64,000 nt of DNA from an uncultured Clostridia bacterium (GTDB lineage Bacteria > Bacillota > Clostridia > Oscillospirales > CAG-272). The position numbers were made by a program, and so were the translations under genes. How positions within the stretch are numbered: position 1 is the first letter of the stretch; the number at the start of each line of letters is the position of its first letter. Where the stretch lies: NCBI GenBank assembly GCA_937902275.1, contig CALFNW010000013.1, forward strand, positions 5,782 through 69,781. Direction: 5' to 3'. Under the pieces are notes generated by a model. It saw only the letters and a program-made list of their open reading frames with translations. It was not told the origin of the DNA and searched no databases. This document shows, in pieces, positions 61,137 through 64,000 of this stretch.

Positions 61137-61229
61137 TAAGCAGGATATTCTTCGCATTTCTTTGCCCGAAGTTAATTTTCCCCGAAAAGTGTCAGATCAG
61201 CCGCGGCAAAATCTTCCGCATCGACTCGG

Positions 61230-61538
61230 TTACTTATCTTCGCCGTCGTAGTCGATCTCGTCAAAAAGCATATCGTTGAAAGCGTCGGAAACTTCGTCAA
61301 ACTCGTCGTCATCGTCGATCGACACGAGTATTTCGTCTCCGTTTTCGTCTTTCGCACGCCTCAGGATCACATATTCCGCTTCCTCGTTGTCCGCCTGATC
61401 CGCAGGGATCAGCGCAACATACGCGTTATCATTGAATTCCCCCTCGGCAAGCAGTACGAAATCTTCTTCGTTTCCGTCCTCATCGGTAAGTGTATACACA
61501 TTATCGTCAAAAAATTCGTTGTTTTCGATCTCAGCCAT
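61230..61538 (-). CDS. DUF1292 family protein
   Basis: A small, highly acidic protein with the pattern ....D..G.E..F......F.......Y..L.P........E..I.R........ typical of DUF1292. Confidence 0.75.
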   Translation of the reverse strand: MAEIENNEFFDDNVYTLTDEDGNEEDFVLLAEGEFNDNAYVALIPADQADNEEAEYVILRRAKDENGDEILVSIDDDDEFDEVSDAFNDMLFDEIDYDGEDK

Positions 61539-61829
61539 AATCCAAATTACCTTTCAAGCAAGTCGGTGATATTATTGTATGCCCGACCTTACGCTTATAT
61601 TATATTTCAAAACCGTTTTTTTGTCAATAGCAAGCTGCATTTCCCTTTGAATTTATACGTAATTTATTCTTTTACCCTTTGTATTATATTTCAAATCAAG
61701 TACTATTGATCGATCAAAGTATAGCACGGATTTTTCGGTACGTCAACAACAGTTTTGTGTTTTAGCTTCCATTTTGCTTGTGCAAATTTACAAATCTGCA
61801 AATTTAACTTTTTTGAAGTCTTTCATCTA

Positions 61830-61858
61830 TTGACTTTTAACATTTGCGAATATATAAT
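61830..61858 (+). promoter_or_regulatory. Near-consensus sigma-A promoter of the G3E GTPase operon
   Basis: TTGACT (61830-61835), a 17-nt spacer, then TATAAT (61853-61858). The leader that follows is about 330 nt long. Confidence 0.65.
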
Positions 61859-61922
61859 GATAGTTGATTGCCAAAGCAACCGTGCAGCATGAAAGTTTTA
61901 TCTTGCGAAAGCGAGGTTGTAC

Positions 61923-62041
61923 GACGTGAAGCCTCAAGTTTCACGTCCAAATTTTCTGAAAATGGGTCCCGTCCCATTTTCATCGGCTGCGCCGAACCGA
62001 AAATTTACGCTTATTTTTTGAGCCGCCTACGGCGGCATGGA
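61923..62041 (+). repeat. Leader repeat family, copy B1 (first unit of a tandem pair)
   Basis: ACGTGAA..TTTCACGT, CAAATTTTCT, GAAAATGGGtcccgtCCCATTTTC, then ATCGGCTGCGCCGAACCGAAAATTTACGCTTATTTTTTGAG-GCCGCCtacGGCGGC-ATGGA. Confidence 0.75.
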
Positions 62042-62042
62042 C

Positions 62043-62183
62043 AACGTGAAAATGGAGTCCCCGCCGAGTGAGATCTCAAGTTTCACGTACAAATTTTCTG
62101 AAAATGGGTCCCGTCCCATTTTCATCGGCTGCGCCGAATCGAAAATTTACGCTTATTTTTTGAGCCGCCTACGGCGGCATGGA
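62043..62183 (+). repeat. Leader repeat family, copy B2 (second unit, ends at the SD of the GTPase gene)
   Basis: From 62075, 109 nt are identical to B1 (61933-62041) except for 2 substitutions. The period is 142 nt. The loop of the first helix is about 22 nt longer than in B1. Confidence 0.75.
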
Positions 62184-62191
62184 GATTTATT

Positions 62192-63367
<1,176 letters not shown>

Positions 63368-63395
63368 TCAGTTAAAGCGAAAGGAAGCCAAAAGC

Positions 63396-64000
63396 ATGGC
63401 AACAAATGAAACGCCCGTATATATCTTCACCGGTTTTCTCGAATCAGGCAAAACAAAGTTCATAACCGAAACGCTTGAAGACTCACGTTTTGCGATAAAA
63501 GAAAACACACTTTTGCTGGTCTGCGAGCAAGGCGAAGAAGAATACGACGAAGCAGCGCTTGATAAAAAAAATATTTCCGTTGAATATATCGAAGAGCTTA
63601 AATACCTTACCCCATACAATCTCGGCAAGCTTCAGCGCAAGCATAAAAGCGCGCGTGTCATGATCGAATATAACGGGGTATGGCAGCTTACCGAACTGTT
63701 TGAAGCAATGCCCGAGGGTTGGATGATCGTGCAGGAGATCATGCTTGCCGACGCAAATACCTTTGAAATATACAACGCCAATATGCGCAGTCTTACAGTC
63801 GATAAACTCAATACCTGCGAGGTATGCATATTCACGAAAACTCCCGAAAACGTTGACAAGGACGCCTATCACAAAATCATCCGCGGTATCAGCCGCAGCG
63901 CGGCGATCTCGTATGTATACCCGGACGGTCATGTTGAGTACGACGAGACCGTTGATCCTCTGCCCTTTGATACCGACTCGGATCACGTGATAATCGCCGA
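63396..64000 (+). CDS. Second G3E-family GTPase paralogue lacking the CxCC motif (3' end lies outside the window)
   Basis: The ATG at 63396 opens a frame that stays open to the window end, so it is not in the supplied ORF track. My translation begins MATNETPVYIFTGFLESGKTKFITETLED... The P-loop GFLESGKT is present. The position of the CxCC motif reads LLLVCEQGEEE. Confidence 0.75.
   Translation, partial: MATNETPVYIFTGFLESGKTKFITETLEDSRFAIKENTLLLVCEQGEEEYDEAALDKKNISVEYIEELKYLTPYNLGKLQRKHKSARVMIEYNGVWQLTELFEAMPEGWMIVQEIMLADANTFEIYNANMRSLTVDKLNTCEVCIFTKTPENVDKDAYHKIIRGISRSAAISYVYPDGHVEYDETVDPLPFDTDSDHVIIA

Noticed and set aside
60880-61140. Identification of the structured intergenic region as SRP (4.5S/scRNA), RNase P RNA, tmRNA or 6S RNA.
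   Set aside because: The diagnostic motifs I can recall are absent on both strands: the GGAAGCAGC domain IV motif of SRP RNA, GAGGAAAGUCC of RNase P RNA, and the tRNA-like ends of tmRNA. The inferred multi-branch fold does not resemble the rod-like 6S shape. It is reported only as an unclassified candidate.
61859-61930. A Zur box or cobalamin riboswitch controlling the CobW-like GTPase genes.
   Set aside because: There is no TCGTAAT-N-ATTACGA-like palindrome near the promoter. No B12-box-like sequence is recognisable in the leader. The quasi-palindrome CGAAAATTTACG belongs to the dispersed repeat and also occurs upstream of unrelated genes.
61868-62071. Short ORFs inside the repeat copies that share peptide strings such as [14 protein letters not shown] (61868-62071, 8219-8431 and 8268-8456).
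   Set aside because: The shared peptides simply reflect the shared nucleotide repeat. Different copies are open in different frames because the T-run length varies, and the dispersed copies have no start or SD context. The repeat is therefore better interpreted as non-coding. Only the possible upstream ORF starting at 62035 is kept as an open question, in the tandem-repeat finding.

Overview
The window reads as a core chromosomal region of a spore-forming Firmicute, probably a moderately GC-rich member of the Clostridia. That guess rests on gene content: yabP-yabQ-divIC, T-box leaders, cdaA-cdaR and recJ-relA-dtd. Genes are densely packed on both strands.

Gene content, in order:
- The tail of an ABC importer.
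- An F1Fo ATP synthase operon, atpB-E-F-(H'-A)-G-D-C.
- A DUF1385 gene, then rplJ-rplL with an L10-type leader.
- A YczE-like membrane protein and a heterodimeric ABC exporter pair.
- A DeoR / Zn-alcohol dehydrogenase / PHP phosphatase group.
- An NCS2 nucleobase permease and a cation:proton antiporter.
- T-box-controlled thrS and pheST.
- An ABC-DUF1854-ABC operon.
- A beta-helix protein, an MsmK-type ATPase, tex and a pseudouridine synthase.
- The MOP flippase-mazG-hup-yabO-yabP-yabQ-divIC block.
- hemZ, dtd, relA, recJ, an RseC-like gene, a FAD-dependent protein, and cdaA-cdaR.
- A P-loop ATPase, a DUF1292 gene and two COG0523/G3E GTPases.

I saw no rRNA, tRNA, CRISPR array, transposase, integrase or recognisable defence or prophage module.

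Observations I consider most worth follow-up:
1. The F1 delta subunit is reduced to its C-terminal domain and fused in frame to alpha.
2. A modular intergenic or leader repeat of about 80-210 nt occurs at least 7 times. Each copy ends at a ribosome-binding site, and two copies sit in tandem in front of the G3E GTPase genes.
3. A short GC hairpin lies directly 5' of the Shine-Dalgarno (SD) sequence at about 15 genes. It is often followed by a second ATG.
4. An ABC-DUF1854-ABC operon encodes two transporters that each carry an N-terminal cytosolic domain plus a zinc ribbon.
5. One G3E GTPase contains about 36 consecutive His-Glu dipeptides, encoded by a hexanucleotide repeat tract.
6. A 660-bp gene-free interval is rich in nested helices and is a candidate ncRNA locus.

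All functional calls come from reading the translations and motifs by eye. No database search or folding calculation was run.
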